64,000 nt of DNA from Octopus vulgaris (Eukaryota). Made by a program: the position numbers and the translations under genes. Positions 1 through 13,436 of the stretch are shown here, one piece after another (within the stretch, counting starts at the first letter, position 1; the number at the start of each line of letters is the position of its first letter). The notes under the pieces were generated by a model. The model saw only the letters and a list, made by a program, of their open reading frames with translations. It was not told where the DNA came from and made no database searches. Location of the stretch: positions 106,144,001 to 106,208,000 of the forward strand of contig OX597822.1 of NCBI GenBank assembly GCA_951406725.2, in the 5' to 3' direction.

Positions 1-366
1 ATATATATATATATTGCGTATGTCATATTCAAAAATGTAACAAGTTGAGTAGTGAGTACTTACTGAAACTTTATACAATGCTTTTCTCTTTTTAAATCAT
101 TCGATTAAATATTCTTTACATTCTTTTTTAACATTTCGAAATTACAACAATTTAATCTTAGATGAATCATAGTTATAATAAAAAAAATAATCTCAACTCC
201 ATTTATATCTGGAGTTCGATGCAGTTATAAATAGGTTAAGAAATTCTCGCAAGTCATTCGGTTTTAATTAACCTTAAATTTATACATATAAGCATTGTTG
301 AGAAAAATTATATGTAGAATCTTAAATAAGATGCTGAAGGAAGATTGTCAAAAAATAATAATATAA

Positions 367-432
<66 letters not shown>

Positions 433-485
433 GGACAGCCATACAGATATAGATAGATATATGTATATATATATATATGTATATA

Positions 486-546
<61 letters not shown>

Positions 547-817
547 GTATATGTATACCTATATATGTATATAGATGTATATACAAATATACGTCTTCAG
601 TGATATCCCTGGTATCATCGGACGTTTCGGATCTTTCAACGTCATTCACCCTCCTCCAGGTGACCTTATGGACGCCCAACCTTCCGCCTTCTTTTACATG
701 GCTTAGAAATATTGGAGGACGGTTGCAATAAATGAGTGAGTCTGAGAGGGGTATGTGTTGGATAAAATCATTATTAACTGATCCTCCTGTATGATGTCCA
801 TAACGATTTAGCTTTAT

Positions 818-867
<50 letters not shown>

Positions 868-879
868 TTATACATATAC

Positions 880-919
<40 letters not shown>

Positions 920-931
920 TTATACATATAC

Positions 932-1003
<72 letters not shown>

Positions 1004-1865
1004 ACATATGCATATAGACGAATTCGGTTTTCTGCATGGTTATATTTTCTTTCCCAAACATTTCTTAAGAGAATATAATTCAATCAATTGCCATAGCACT
1101 CAAATCCTTAAACGCTAATATACTTATTTAAGAATCTGTAGAACGGACCGGAACGATACCAGTTTCTCTCACACTTGCGCAAGTGATAACATAAATAATC
1201 TCAAAATCAATGAAAGCCATGAAATGAAACGTTATCAATGTTTTACAATAATATAATGATAATTCCTCCAGCGGGTTTAAATCTAACTAATATTATAATT
1301 AACTTGATTCAAACACAGCGACAAAAGATATGGAAGTGTTGTAGAGAATGATAACTATAAAGCTGATCGTGTACTGTTTATATCGTAGCAAACTGGACAG
1401 GAAGGCGGTCGCTCGATGAATCTGAAATAGCAGTCAAGTCTTTCTCAGATCACAACTAAATGCAACTAAAACAATAACCTACGTATGTTTCGATTCTGGG
1501 CCCTTAATAATGCATAGTTTCGAACATTTATTTTACACTAATGCTTCGAACTATGCGTATATAAGGGTCCAGTATCGAAACATACGCAAGATTTTTGTAA
1601 GGTTTTTCTTAGTTTGCTTTTTTTCTTTTGGAAAATGCATTTGTATTCAAATTTTAACTTCAAACTATGATACTAATAAATTAAATATACATTCTCAACT
1701 CTCCATTTTCTAACCTTGATAATAATTCTTATAACAATCCTAAACATATCGTGGAGATTTTTTTCTAATATGAATTAAACCAGTGAAATTTTGTATTGAT
1801 TAATCTCTAATGAGGAAACGACATCCTTGAGATGACTGTATATATATATATATATATGTATATAT

Positions 1866-2226
1866 AACAATTATCTGAGAGAGTATTTTTCCTAACTTAC
1901 AGGGAAAAATTCAATTTAGAAATACTAAATCAAATTTCACAAAATATAATATATATATATATAAATTAGAAAAAAAATACCTTTTACTAATTCAAAATGA
2001 ACAAGAAAATTACACCATCTAGAAAATTACATATAATAGAAATATTTAAAATAAAATAGCAATAAAATACCGATGATTAAGTAAATTGCAAAATAATAAT
2101 AAAAACGTATATATTTGGTATATTATTGTTATTTTATTTTTAATATTTCTAATATATGTAATTTTCTAGATGGTGTAATTTTCTTGTTCATTTTGAATTG
2201 GTAAAAGGTGGTTTTTTTTTCTAATT

Positions 2227-2230
<4 letters not shown>
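1866..2230 (-). mobile_element. Fold-back element with single-copy tail in (TA)n
   Basis: Inverted arms ~1961-2071 / 2118-2230. Tail 1866-1950 contains aacttacagggaaaaat, shared with the tail at 18958-19050. Confidence 0.65.
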
Positions 2231-2256
<26 letters not shown>

Positions 2257-2257
<1 letters not shown>

Positions 2258-2460
2258 ATTAATAGTTATCGCCAAGCTAATATGGTAGTCGATAAATATA
2301 AGACTAAAGCTGCCGCTGATTAGCTCTTCTTGGAGCTAATCAGCGGCAGCTGTAGTCTTATATTTATAGACTACTATATTAGCTTGGCGATAACTATTAA
2401 TATCCAGTACCGCTGCCGTAATCTCCTTTAGAGAGACTTAGAAATTTTAATATTTCTATT
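2257..2460 (+). mobile_element. 70-bp-arm hairpin element with tail
   Basis: Arms 2257-2326 / 2333-2402 with a 6-nt loop; ~60-nt tail into (TA)n. Confidence 0.65.
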
Positions 2461-2496
2461 TTATATATATGTGTGTGTATATATATATATATATAG

Positions 2497-2573
<77 letters not shown>

Positions 2574-4365
2574 TATATAAGAAATAATATGTATATGTAC
2601 AGATACATATATAGGTACAGGTCGTCATCAAAGGTGCAATTAATATAAATACGTAAACAAACGAGTTAAATGCGTAAACAACGAGAAAGATGGACAAAAA
2701 CAGGACAAAAAGATAAATGACAAATGTAGCCTACACAAGATTCGATCTGAAAACGTTAAGATACGGAACATGTTCGTCTGACGCGGCAATACTTCTGATA
2801 TACTTTGTCACGTCAAAATCGCTTTAATTCAGTTCCAGTCCATATTCTTACTCAGTAATGCTGCATTAAGTTTTGGGTTTCAGTTAAAACGCGTTCGTAG
2901 TAACATAGTAATACTGTATGAGTTTTCATATAAAACATTTCTTTATTAGTAACACGTTCCCCGCTAATTCGATTGCTGTTTCTATTTTTACTCCTCGATG
3001 CTTCGTTAACGTTTAGTTTTAAGCCAAAATGCTTTTACTGCAGATATGACATTTCTTTCTCCGTAAAGTATCTTTCATTGACCATTTTGTTTGTCTCTTC
3101 CTATTTCTATCTCTCGTGCTTTATCTCTAGTCTGACCATTCTCTTCATCCAAGCAAACAAGTGCGGCTTCAATTAATGGACCTCGAAACAATGTTGACCC
3201 ATGTTTGGACACTTGTGTGTGTATGTGTGAATACACATACAGGCGCACAAATATAGACACACTTACATGTAGATGCAGACACATCACACATTGCTAAAGA
3301 CACACACAGTACATGCATTCATGTGTGTTTGTGTGTGTATGTTTATATCTTATTTCATAAATCATTGTGTGCGTGTGTGTTTGTGTGTGTATGTGTATGT
3401 GTGTTCCTTATAGATTCGATAACTTAGTTGCCGATTTTGACGTATCGGTTATCAAAAGATTCAGTAATCTTTCGTCTACCAAATGAACTTTATTTTCATT
3501 TACAGTTGCATTAGAAAAATTTAACATTATAATCTTTCTATAAGTCAATAATCGTAAACGACATTTTATACCACACGACAACCACCACCATGTCACATTT
3601 TCTATATGCGTGTATGTATTTGTGAATGTGTGCATGTGTGTGTATGTATGAGTGTATTTGTATATTTGTTGCACACGTTAGGCCAGTGACTGAAAAGTAT
3701 ATGTGCGTGAACGTCTGTGTGTGTCTGTCTTAGTATATGTATGTGACAGTATGCCAGAGTGTATGTGTGTGCGAGTGTGTGTGTGTGATAATTTTTATAC
3801 GTTAGACCTCGGACAATTAAACACACACACACACACATCTACACATACATATACAAATGTAGTGAGATATGACAGAACTATTTTATCGCTGTGACATAAT
3901 TTAGTTGTGCTTGGGCAGACGCCAGCCAAGTAGGGTTGGCGACGTAGTAATACAAGCAAGAACTTCCACCTTAGAGTGAATTGCACCGATTTTGAAAGAG
4001 TTTACATTAGTTGCGGCCTGAACGTTGAACGAACGACAGCGGTCACTTTGGAGTACCACTGTTTGGATTTTCCTTGGCATCATAGAGAGTTACGGTTTAA
4101 GCAGCATTAACGATTATCACTGTATGCTGAAATATTCTTCTGGTTTTTTATAACCAACAAGAACATATAACTGATTTGACAGTTTATTCATTTCGACACC
4201 AACAAAAAGTTACACAATGAATATTGTTTACCCTGAGGTGCTTCGGCATTGACAGATTTTCAGTTCGAAATTCTATTATCATTGCAATATGGATATTTTT
4301 CAATAAAATATAGACATTTTGTAATAATTATGAGAATATATCTTTATATTTAATGCTTGCTAATC

Positions 4366-4601
4366 TGAATAAGAACAACAGTAATCCGGGCAATGCCAGG
4401 TCATCAAGCTAGTATATATATATATAAATATATATAACAAAGTGGAGTTGTAAGGTACCACACAAGGGGAATTATATATGAAAGAAGGTTTGAAAAATGC
4501 AATTGTAAAAGAATTTTAAAATTGCACTTTCAAACCTTCTTTGATATATATATGTATACTAGCTGAATGACCTGGCGTTGCTCGGATTACTGTTGTTCTT
4601 A

Positions 4602-4605
<4 letters not shown>
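4366..4605. mobile_element. Two Helitron-like 3' ends, tail to tail
   Basis: ccgggcaatgccagg..CTAG|T at 4409-4413 and the reverse-complement counterpart starting at 4559. Confidence 0.6.
4436..4550 (-). mobile_element. Small fold-back element with tail in (TA)n
   Basis: Imperfect inverted arms aaagaaggtttgaaaaatgcaatt / aattgcactttcaaaccttcttt; ~35-nt tail on the left. Confidence 0.5.
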
Positions 4606-4642
<37 letters not shown>

Positions 4643-5438
4643 CAATTATGAATAATATATATATGATATATAAATATATATATATACATACATATATACA
4701 TACATATATACACACAGAGATATATATGTGTGTGTATGTATATATATATATATGTATGTATGCATATACATGCATATCGAAGATGACATTCTACTCTGAA
4801 TTTCGCTTAAACGAGGCTGTTCACTTGAGCTATTAAATAATGGTTGCTCTATACAAATCATATTTTGATATATTTTAGTTCTCATATAATACTACACACA
4901 CACATACACACAAACAAAACATACGCACACACACACAGACTTACTCATACATATATTTATTGTGTGTGTGTGTGTGTGTGTGAAATATCCATTTTTTCCG
5001 ACAGCTTGTTGCAATAGCTGCTACGTAATGTGGCAGCAACAAATACAATTAGGTAATTATGATTATACATAATTATAATCATCGTCCACGTAAGAAACAC
5101 CTCATCAGTGGTGCTATGAATTTGAATATATCCACATTGATGACACCCCTTTCCATATTATTCAGATTTATAGTAGTTATCACTGTGAGTCATACATGCT
5201 TTATAAATAAAATTACAAATAATTGTAATTCCTTAATTGTATTTGTTCCTGCGGAAGAATAATTAACATTGAAACAACTGTAGAAGAAATGAGTATTTGA
5301 AATATCACTGCTTGATTTTTTTTTTTCGTTCTGTTCATCCGTATATCCTATCCCACGGGTTACGTAACATTATACGTGGGTATGCATTATGCATGTGAAT
5401 TTTTGCTGGTGAACTAGATGTTTTATATTTAACTCTAG

Positions 5439-6342
<904 letters not shown>

Positions 6343-6543
6343 ACAAAATTAGAGAATGGAGAAACATACTTAAATCAATAAAACATCAACTATCCGATGA
6401 TACTCAATCCATACTTTAATACACCATTACATAGGAGTAAAGGCAATATATAAAATGAAATGAGATATACAGTAATAGTAAAAGTAAAAAGATAAAGAGA
6501 TATAAGTAAAAAATTACAAATACAATATGCAAATAAATCAAAA

Positions 6544-6651
6544 CTGACAGCTGTTTCGGCAGTGAGGACAGTCATACCTCATTTAACCTATAAGCCATAA
6601 AGGCAGGTATAAATGAGGCATTAACAAAGATGCCCCACGGCCTCTTCAGAG
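6544..6651 (-). ncRNA. Hammerhead ribozyme motif with extended helix II (left arm copy)
   Basis: Reverse complement of 9698-9805. Confidence 0.65.
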
Positions 6652-6999
6652 AATTAAATTAAATTTGTTATAATAGTGAAAAATATTATATAATCATATA
6701 CATATAAATATAAAAATATAAAAAAGTAAAATATAAAAACTTATACATCATAATGCTACACTTGTATAATATAATACACATTTGTACAAAAAGGAAGGTA
6801 ACCAGAACAAAATAAAACAAAATATATAACAGTGTATATATAATATTAATAAGTACCGATATCATACATATTTAGCTAATAGTTTTTTTTATAAAAAAAA
6901 AAAAAAAGGCTAACACATATGGAGATGAAAAATAATAATAATTAAATCCGTGGTACAGTTCATAAAATTCTAAAGCTATAAAAGTTAATAAAAATTACT

Positions 7000-7033
<34 letters not shown>

Positions 7034-9316
7034 GTAATAATAATAAAAAATAATAAAAATAGATACAGTTAAGTTATCACCAAGTCCATCCTTCCAAGAT
7101 CGAAATAACTATGAGTTAAGAAATGCTGACCACTAGGTAAAGAAAATTTAGATTAATTCGATTGGCTATTGGTTTGAAATTTAAATCACAAAAGAAAATT
7201 ATACGGTTGGTTAGTCAGGGAACGCCAATATTCACACACGCATCTACAGATCAATCGCACATACACACATAGTTATATGTATATACATACACTTGTACAT
7301 ATACATAATCATAAGCAACAACTAACACTTAGATAAACAAATAGGGAAGCAACCATGCTAACACTAAGTCCTTCAAAATTATAACTGAGCCTCAATAACA
7401 AAAAAAAGAACCATCCATGCATTCTATAAAATATTTAATTAAGATATAAATGTATTTTTAAATATCAGTATGTTACTAATTCAGATAATTATTTCATGGG
7501 TAACTTAAAATTTATAACACCGGTTTGTTGCAGAGTAAACATACGGTTGTTAGGTTTATCGTAAGTTTGTTATGATTTAAAGTACGCTAAATTATAAAAT
7601 ATAAAATATAAAATATATTAATTTAGATATTATAAATAAGTCACTTATTAACTTAATAAATATAGTGCCAAAATATACCAGTTTAGGCAATAAAAAATAG
7701 AGGGGGAAGTATTAATGTAAACGCTTATTAGAACATCACAGAAATTTTAAATAAATTTTATATTATAAAGACTTAATATGAAAAGAGATAAAATAAATAA
7801 AAAGGAATAAATGTATTTGCCTTGTAATGTGTGATTTTTGAAGTTTTCCAATATTGCATAGTATATTGCAAAGTATATATGTATATCTTGGTTAGATACC
7901 TAGCTCTGGATAATGTAATGATATTGTATAATATGTAATATATGAGAGCCTTTTGTGAGTTTGGTGGGTTTAGGTTGAGATTATGGGTTTTTTGTATGTG
8001 CTGATTTGGAAGGTTTTTTGTTTTTTTTTTTTATTATATATTTGGTCTTTTTGTACTCACCTTAATTTGTATCTTATGCTATTCACTGATAAACCTTTTT
8101 CATTTTTTTCATTTTCTCATTTACATGCATTTTGCTTTATAATTGTTACCAGCTTCATATATTTAGTTTATATCTATAGTCCTCTGGATCTGTACTTTAA
8201 ACTATCCTTCCATACATATTTACTTTCAACAATATAAAATATATATATTCACTTTATTTATTTTTATTTATTTCCCATTTTATTGTAATATTATCAATAT
8301 TTGCATCTAGTCTTCTATTTATTTATTTATTTGCCTATTTAAGTGTGGATGTTTACATACATATCAAGTCATTTAATTTGTTACCTATTTATTCTTTACT
8401 TATTTACTTATACTGGTGTAGTTTTATACATACATATCTATCATTTATTTTTATTTTTATTTAATTTTAATAATATATGAATACATATATACTAGTTTGT
8501 ACTTATAATTATGTGTATAACCGTATTTATTCCTTCGTATTTATTCCTTTTTATTTATTTTATCTCTTTTCATATTAAGTCTTTATAATATAAAATTTAT
8601 TTAAAATTTCTGTGATGTTCTAATAAGCGTTTACATTAATACTTCCCCCTCTATTTTTTATTGCCTAAACTGGTATATTTTGGCACTATATTTATTAAGT
8701 TAATAAGTGACTTATTTATAATATCTAAATTAATATATTTTATATTTTATATTTTATAATTTAGCGTACTTTAAATCATAACAAACTTACGATAAACCTA
8801 ACAACCGTATGTTTACTCTGCAACAAACCGGTGTTATAAATTTTAAGTTACCCATGAAATAATTATCTGAATTAGTAACATACTGATATTTAAAAATACA
8901 TTTATATCTTAATTAAATATTTTATAGAATGCATGGATGGTTCTTTTTTTGTTATTGAGGCTCAGTTATAATTTTGAAGGACTTAGTGTTAGCATGGTTG
9001 CTTCCCTATTTGTTTATCTAAGTGTTAGTTGTTGCTTATGATTATGTATATGTACAAGTGTATGTATATACATATAACTATGTGTGTATGTGCGATTGAT
9101 CTGTAGATGCGTGTGTGAATATTGGCGTTCCCTGACTAACCAACCGTATAATTTTCTTTTGTGATTTAAATTTCAAACCAATAGCCAATCGAATTAATCT
9201 AAATTTTCTTTACCTAGTGGTCAGCATTTCTTAACTCATAGTTATTTCGATCTTGGAAGGATGGACTTGGTGATAACTTAACTGTATCTATTTTTATTAT
9301 TTTTTATTATTATTAC

Positions 9317-9350
<34 letters not shown>

Positions 9351-9697
9351 AGTAATTTTTATTAACTTTTATAGCTTTAGAATTTTATGAACTGTACCAC
9401 GGATTTAATTATTATTATTTTTCATCTCCATATGTGTTAGCCCTTTTTTTTTTTTTATAAAAAAAACTATTAGCTAAATATGTATGATATCGGTACTTAT
9501 TAATATTATATATACACTGTTATATATTTTGTTTTATTTTGTTCTGGTTACCTTCCTTTTTGTACAAATGTGTATTATATTATACAAGTGTAGCATTATG
9601 ATGTATAAGTTTTTATATTTTACTTTTTTATATTTTTATATTTATATGTATATGATTATATAATATTTTTCACTATTATAACAAATTTAATTTAATT

Positions 9698-9805
9698 CTC
9701 TGAAGAGGCCGTGGGGCATCTTTGTTAATGCCTCATTTATACCTGCCTTTATGGCTTATAGGTTAAATGAGGTATGACTGTCCTCACTGCCGAAACAGCT
9801 GTCAG
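9698..9805 (+). ncRNA. Hammerhead ribozyme motif with extended helix II (right arm of the large inverted repeat)
   Basis: ct CTGAAGA ggc..(85 nt, paired)..gcc GAAA cagctg TC ag; helix III palindrome ACAGCTGT; helix I is weak. Confidence 0.65.
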
Positions 9806-10362
9806 TTTTGATTTATTTGCATATTGTATTTGTAATTTTTTACTTATATCTCTTTATCTTTTTACTTTTACTATTACTGTATATCTCATTTCATTTTATA
9901 TATTGCCTTTACTCCTATGTAATGGTGTATTAAAGTATGGATTGAGTATCATCGGATAGTTGATGTTTTATTGATTTAAGTATGTTTCTCCATTCTCTAA
10001 TTTTGTAGTATTAATTTACGGTAATATTATTACCCTTACCCATTTAATACAATAGATGAACTGATTGCTTGACAATTTCTAACATCTATGTATTAATTTT
10101 GTTGGGTACCTATCTAGCAGTATATTGGATATATATTATCCCATGGTGGGTTGAATTTTCAACCCCTATCTCATTTTATAACCTATATATTTATATATAT
10201 ATTTATATATATATATTTATATATATATTTATATATATATATATATTATATATATATTTATATATATATATATTTATATATATTTATATATATATATATA
10301 TTATATATATATTTATATATATATATATTTATATATATATTATATATATATATATTTATATA

Positions 10363-10630
<268 letters not shown>

Positions 10631-10681
10631 GTATTTATTTATTTATTCAAAGATATATATATGTATATATTTATTTATATA

Positions 10682-11200
10682 CTAGCAGCATAGCCCGGCA
10701 TTGCCAGGGTATGTAAGAGCCCCTGGAGCAGACATGATGCTCGCTGTGAATTTTTAAAAAATTCCTGCCAATTTGTGAAAGATATTGTCGAAAATATGTC
10801 ATCTTGTATTTGAATGCGATTTCCGAAAATGGCGTGATTTTATCGATTTTTTCTGATGGTAAGGTATTGCATGGAAAGCTAACGTCAGAATTAAGTTTCT
10901 TAGGGTAACATTAAGCTTCACCATGAGTTTGGTGAAAATCGATTGCAAGTTGCGAAAACCACAACAGAAAATGTGTCGCAAATAAAAAGCTTAGATTCTC
11001 GACCCCATGTCGAATTTATCGATTTTATTCAGAACTGGGGGAACTTTTTAAAATTTTTGCTGCGTTAGTTTTGAATTATGACATTGGGCTGTGTGTGTGT
11101 CAAGTTTCATCAGAATCGGTTGAAAGCCGTGGTCAGGGTGAGGGTACAACCTGACAGACACACAGACACACAGACAGACAAACTTCCGTTTATATATATA
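10682..11200 (-). mobile_element. Non-autonomous Helitron-like element
   Basis: On the minus strand it ends with a ccctggcaatgccggg hairpin then CTAG|T; 5' end runs into (TA)n. Confidence 0.7.
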
Positions 11201-11210
11201 TATATATATA

Positions 11211-11266
<56 letters not shown>

Positions 11267-11579
11267 GCGTTCGTACCAATTCATATTTATCAAACGGCGG
11301 TGCATCAGCATGGCCGCAGTTCTGAGCTGAAGTTAGAGAGAAAAAATATAACTACGCATTTCGAATTGCTTAGGCCCTACATCATACAGCTATTTATGTG
11401 TGTGAGTGTTCGTGAGAATGTGTTTGTGCTTGTATTTGTATGAGTTTCATTGGATATTTTATGTTGTAATAAATAATGTACTAAATACTATTTAGGACTT
11501 AATAATTACTGTGAATGCTACATCATCATCATTATCATTATCAGTATTGTTGTTGATGTTACTGTTTCTAATATTACTG

Positions 11580-11790
11580 ATGGTGGCGCTTGACAGAATC
11601 GTTAGCAGGCCGGGCGGTACGCTTAGCGGCATTTCATCCGTCTTAAATTTCCGAGTTCAAATTCCTCCGTGGTCGACTTTGCCTTTCATCCTTTCGTGAT
11701 CGATAGAATAAGTACCAAAAGAAAACTGGTGTCGATGTAATCGACTTACTCTTCCCCCGAAATTGCTGGCCTTGTACCAAAATCTGAAAT
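11580..11790 (+). mobile_element. SINE family S3, diverged
   Basis: cagaatcgttagc...gagttcaaattcc...gtcgactttgcctttcatcctttcg; followed by the ATC/ATT tract. Confidence 0.8.
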
Positions 11791-12077
11791 CATTATTATC
11801 ATCATCATCATCATCATCATTATCATCATCATCTTCATTGTCATCATCATCACCATTATCATTATATTATTATTGTTATTATCATTATTATTATCATTAT
11901 TATTATTACTATTATTATTGTCATTATTGTTATTATTATTATTATTAACATTATCATTATTATTATTATTATTGTTGTTGTTGTTGTTATTATTATTATT
12001 GTTGTTATTTTTATTATTATTATTACTATTGTTGTTATTTTTATTATTATTATTATTATTATGATTATTATTATTAA

Positions 12078-12170
<93 letters not shown>

Positions 12171-12220
12171 CATTATTATTATTATAATCATTATTATTAT
12201 TATTATCATTGTTATTATTG
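11790..12220. repeat. (ATC)/(ATT)n microsatellite abutting the exon A acceptor
   Basis: Seen directly. Confidence 0.97.
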
Positions 12221-12223
12221 CAG

Positions 12224-12376
12224 GTTGCCTACGTGTTTTATCTATGAAATTCAGATCGACGCATGCCCCTCCGGGGGACACATTAATACACCCAGGTGAT
12301 ATACTACACTCCATATATTTTATTGCGTCGGGCTCTATAGAAATATCTAAAGATGATATAGTCATGGCAATTTTAG
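12224..12376 (+). CDS. KCNH2-like: Internal exon A of an Erg-type KCNH voltage-gated potassium channel; N-terminal half of the cyclic-nucleotide-binding homology domain
   Basis: ttgcAG acceptor and GTacgt donor, phase 1 at both ends. Encodes (G)[50 protein letters not shown](G), matching h[55 protein letters not shown]. Confidence 0.96.
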
Positions 12377-12455
12377 GTACGTATGAACTTCCTCCGGTAA
12401 ATATACATTGATTTTTACGTTTTGTATCTTTCGTTGTGTATTATTATAATACAGA

Positions 12456-12688
12456 AAGGCGGGTAGCTGGCAGAAACGTTAGCGCGCCGGGCGAAATGCT
12501 TAGTAGTATTTCGTCTGTCGTTACGTTCTGAGTTCAAATTCCACCGAGGTCGACTTTGCCTTTCATCCTTTCGGGGTCGATAAATAAAGTACCAGTTTCG
12601 CACTGGGGTCGATGTAATCGACTTGATCCCTTTGTCTGTCCTTGTTTGTCCCCTCTATGTTTAGCCCCTTGTGGGCAGTAAAGAAATA
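12456..12688 (+). mobile_element. SINE family S3 in the intron between exons A and B
   Basis: Full copy with near-perfect TSD tatt(a/t)taatacaga. Confidence 0.9.
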
Positions 12689-13174
12689 TATATTTTAATA
12701 CAGATAATACGGTAAAATTATGTGTGATAGTAAGTTAGTTAGCTACAAATGTCAATGCGGTAGTTTCATCAAATGCTTGTAGATATATTACTAAGTGTAT
12801 TTAACATTTATTTTCTTATTGTATTGACATATTCAAGGGAGATAAATCTAATCTATACAAGTTACCCAACTGATAAAAGTTGAAAACACTCCAAAATTCG
12901 TCGAATCTTTCATGTATTTTTGTTTCTAATAAATTAATTAACTAATTAATGTATTTTTGTTTCTAATAAATTAATTAACTAATTAATTTGTAAATTATTA
13001 ACTAATTAATTTATTAAATACGCACTTTTAAGAAACTAAATAAATACAATTTTTAACAATGACTGTTGGTCTTTAAATTAGATGTTTCACACTTATATTT
13101 TTCGAAAAAGTTTCCTCATAACTTTACAATACAAGATGGCTGATATTTTACGAATGTCTTCATTAATATTCCAG

Positions 13175-13368
13175 GTAAACACGATATTTTTGGTGGCGAC
13201 ATTAGAGATAAAGGACCAGAAGGAAAAGCTTTATATACAGTTCGTCCGCTTTCTTATTGTGATATCAATAAAATCGATATTGCAGAACTTAAAGAAATCC
13301 TTAGAACTTATCCAGAATTTGCAGGAGATTTCTTATTAAAATTTCAGTTAACTTTTGATTTAGAGAAG
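13175..13368 (+). CDS. KCNH2-like: Internal exon B of the KCNH/Erg channel; C-terminal half of the CNBHD including the intrinsic-ligand strand
   Basis: tccAG acceptor and GTaagt donor, phase 1 to 0, in frame with exon A. Encodes (G)KHDIFGGDIRDKGPEGKALYTVRPLSYCDINKIDIAELKEILRTYPEFAGDFLLKFQLTFDLEK versus hERG GKNDIFGE...VRALTYCDLHKI...YPEF...ITFNLRD. Confidence 0.95.
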
Positions 13369-13436
13369 GTAAGTATTCAACTACAATTCCTGGTATTCTC
13401 TTGACTCTTGTACCGTTTATTAATTAGATACATAGA

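Larger units (their letters stand above)
6343..10183 (+). mobile_element. Large fold-back element: 1.47-kb inverted repeat (6343-7812 / 8539-10006), 726-bp spacer and ~175-bp single-copy tail, embedded in (TA)n; Penelope-like architecture
   Basis: Arms are near-identical reverse complements; the differences I saw are homopolymer lengths. Each arm carries a hammerhead. A 14-bp tandem duplication cgtatttattcctt sits at the inner junction (8522-8549). No credible ORF. Confidence 0.75.

Noticed and set aside
590-670. Hammerhead-like GAAACGTC with helix II on the minus strand; similar traces at ~28310-28355 and ~57960-57990
   Set aside because: Core and helix I are too degenerate to call, although the context is suggestive.
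3414-3600. Candidate upstream channel exon after ttccttatAG
   Set aside because: Stops in all frames within ~75 nt and no similarity to the expected C-linker sequence.
3858-4172. Possible solo LTR starting TGTAGTG
   Set aside because: No clean CA end, TSD or second copy in the window.
6390-6575. Identical 61-aa ORF on opposite strands (also 9774-9959)
   Set aside because: Product of the inverted repeat; AT-rich with no recognisable domain.
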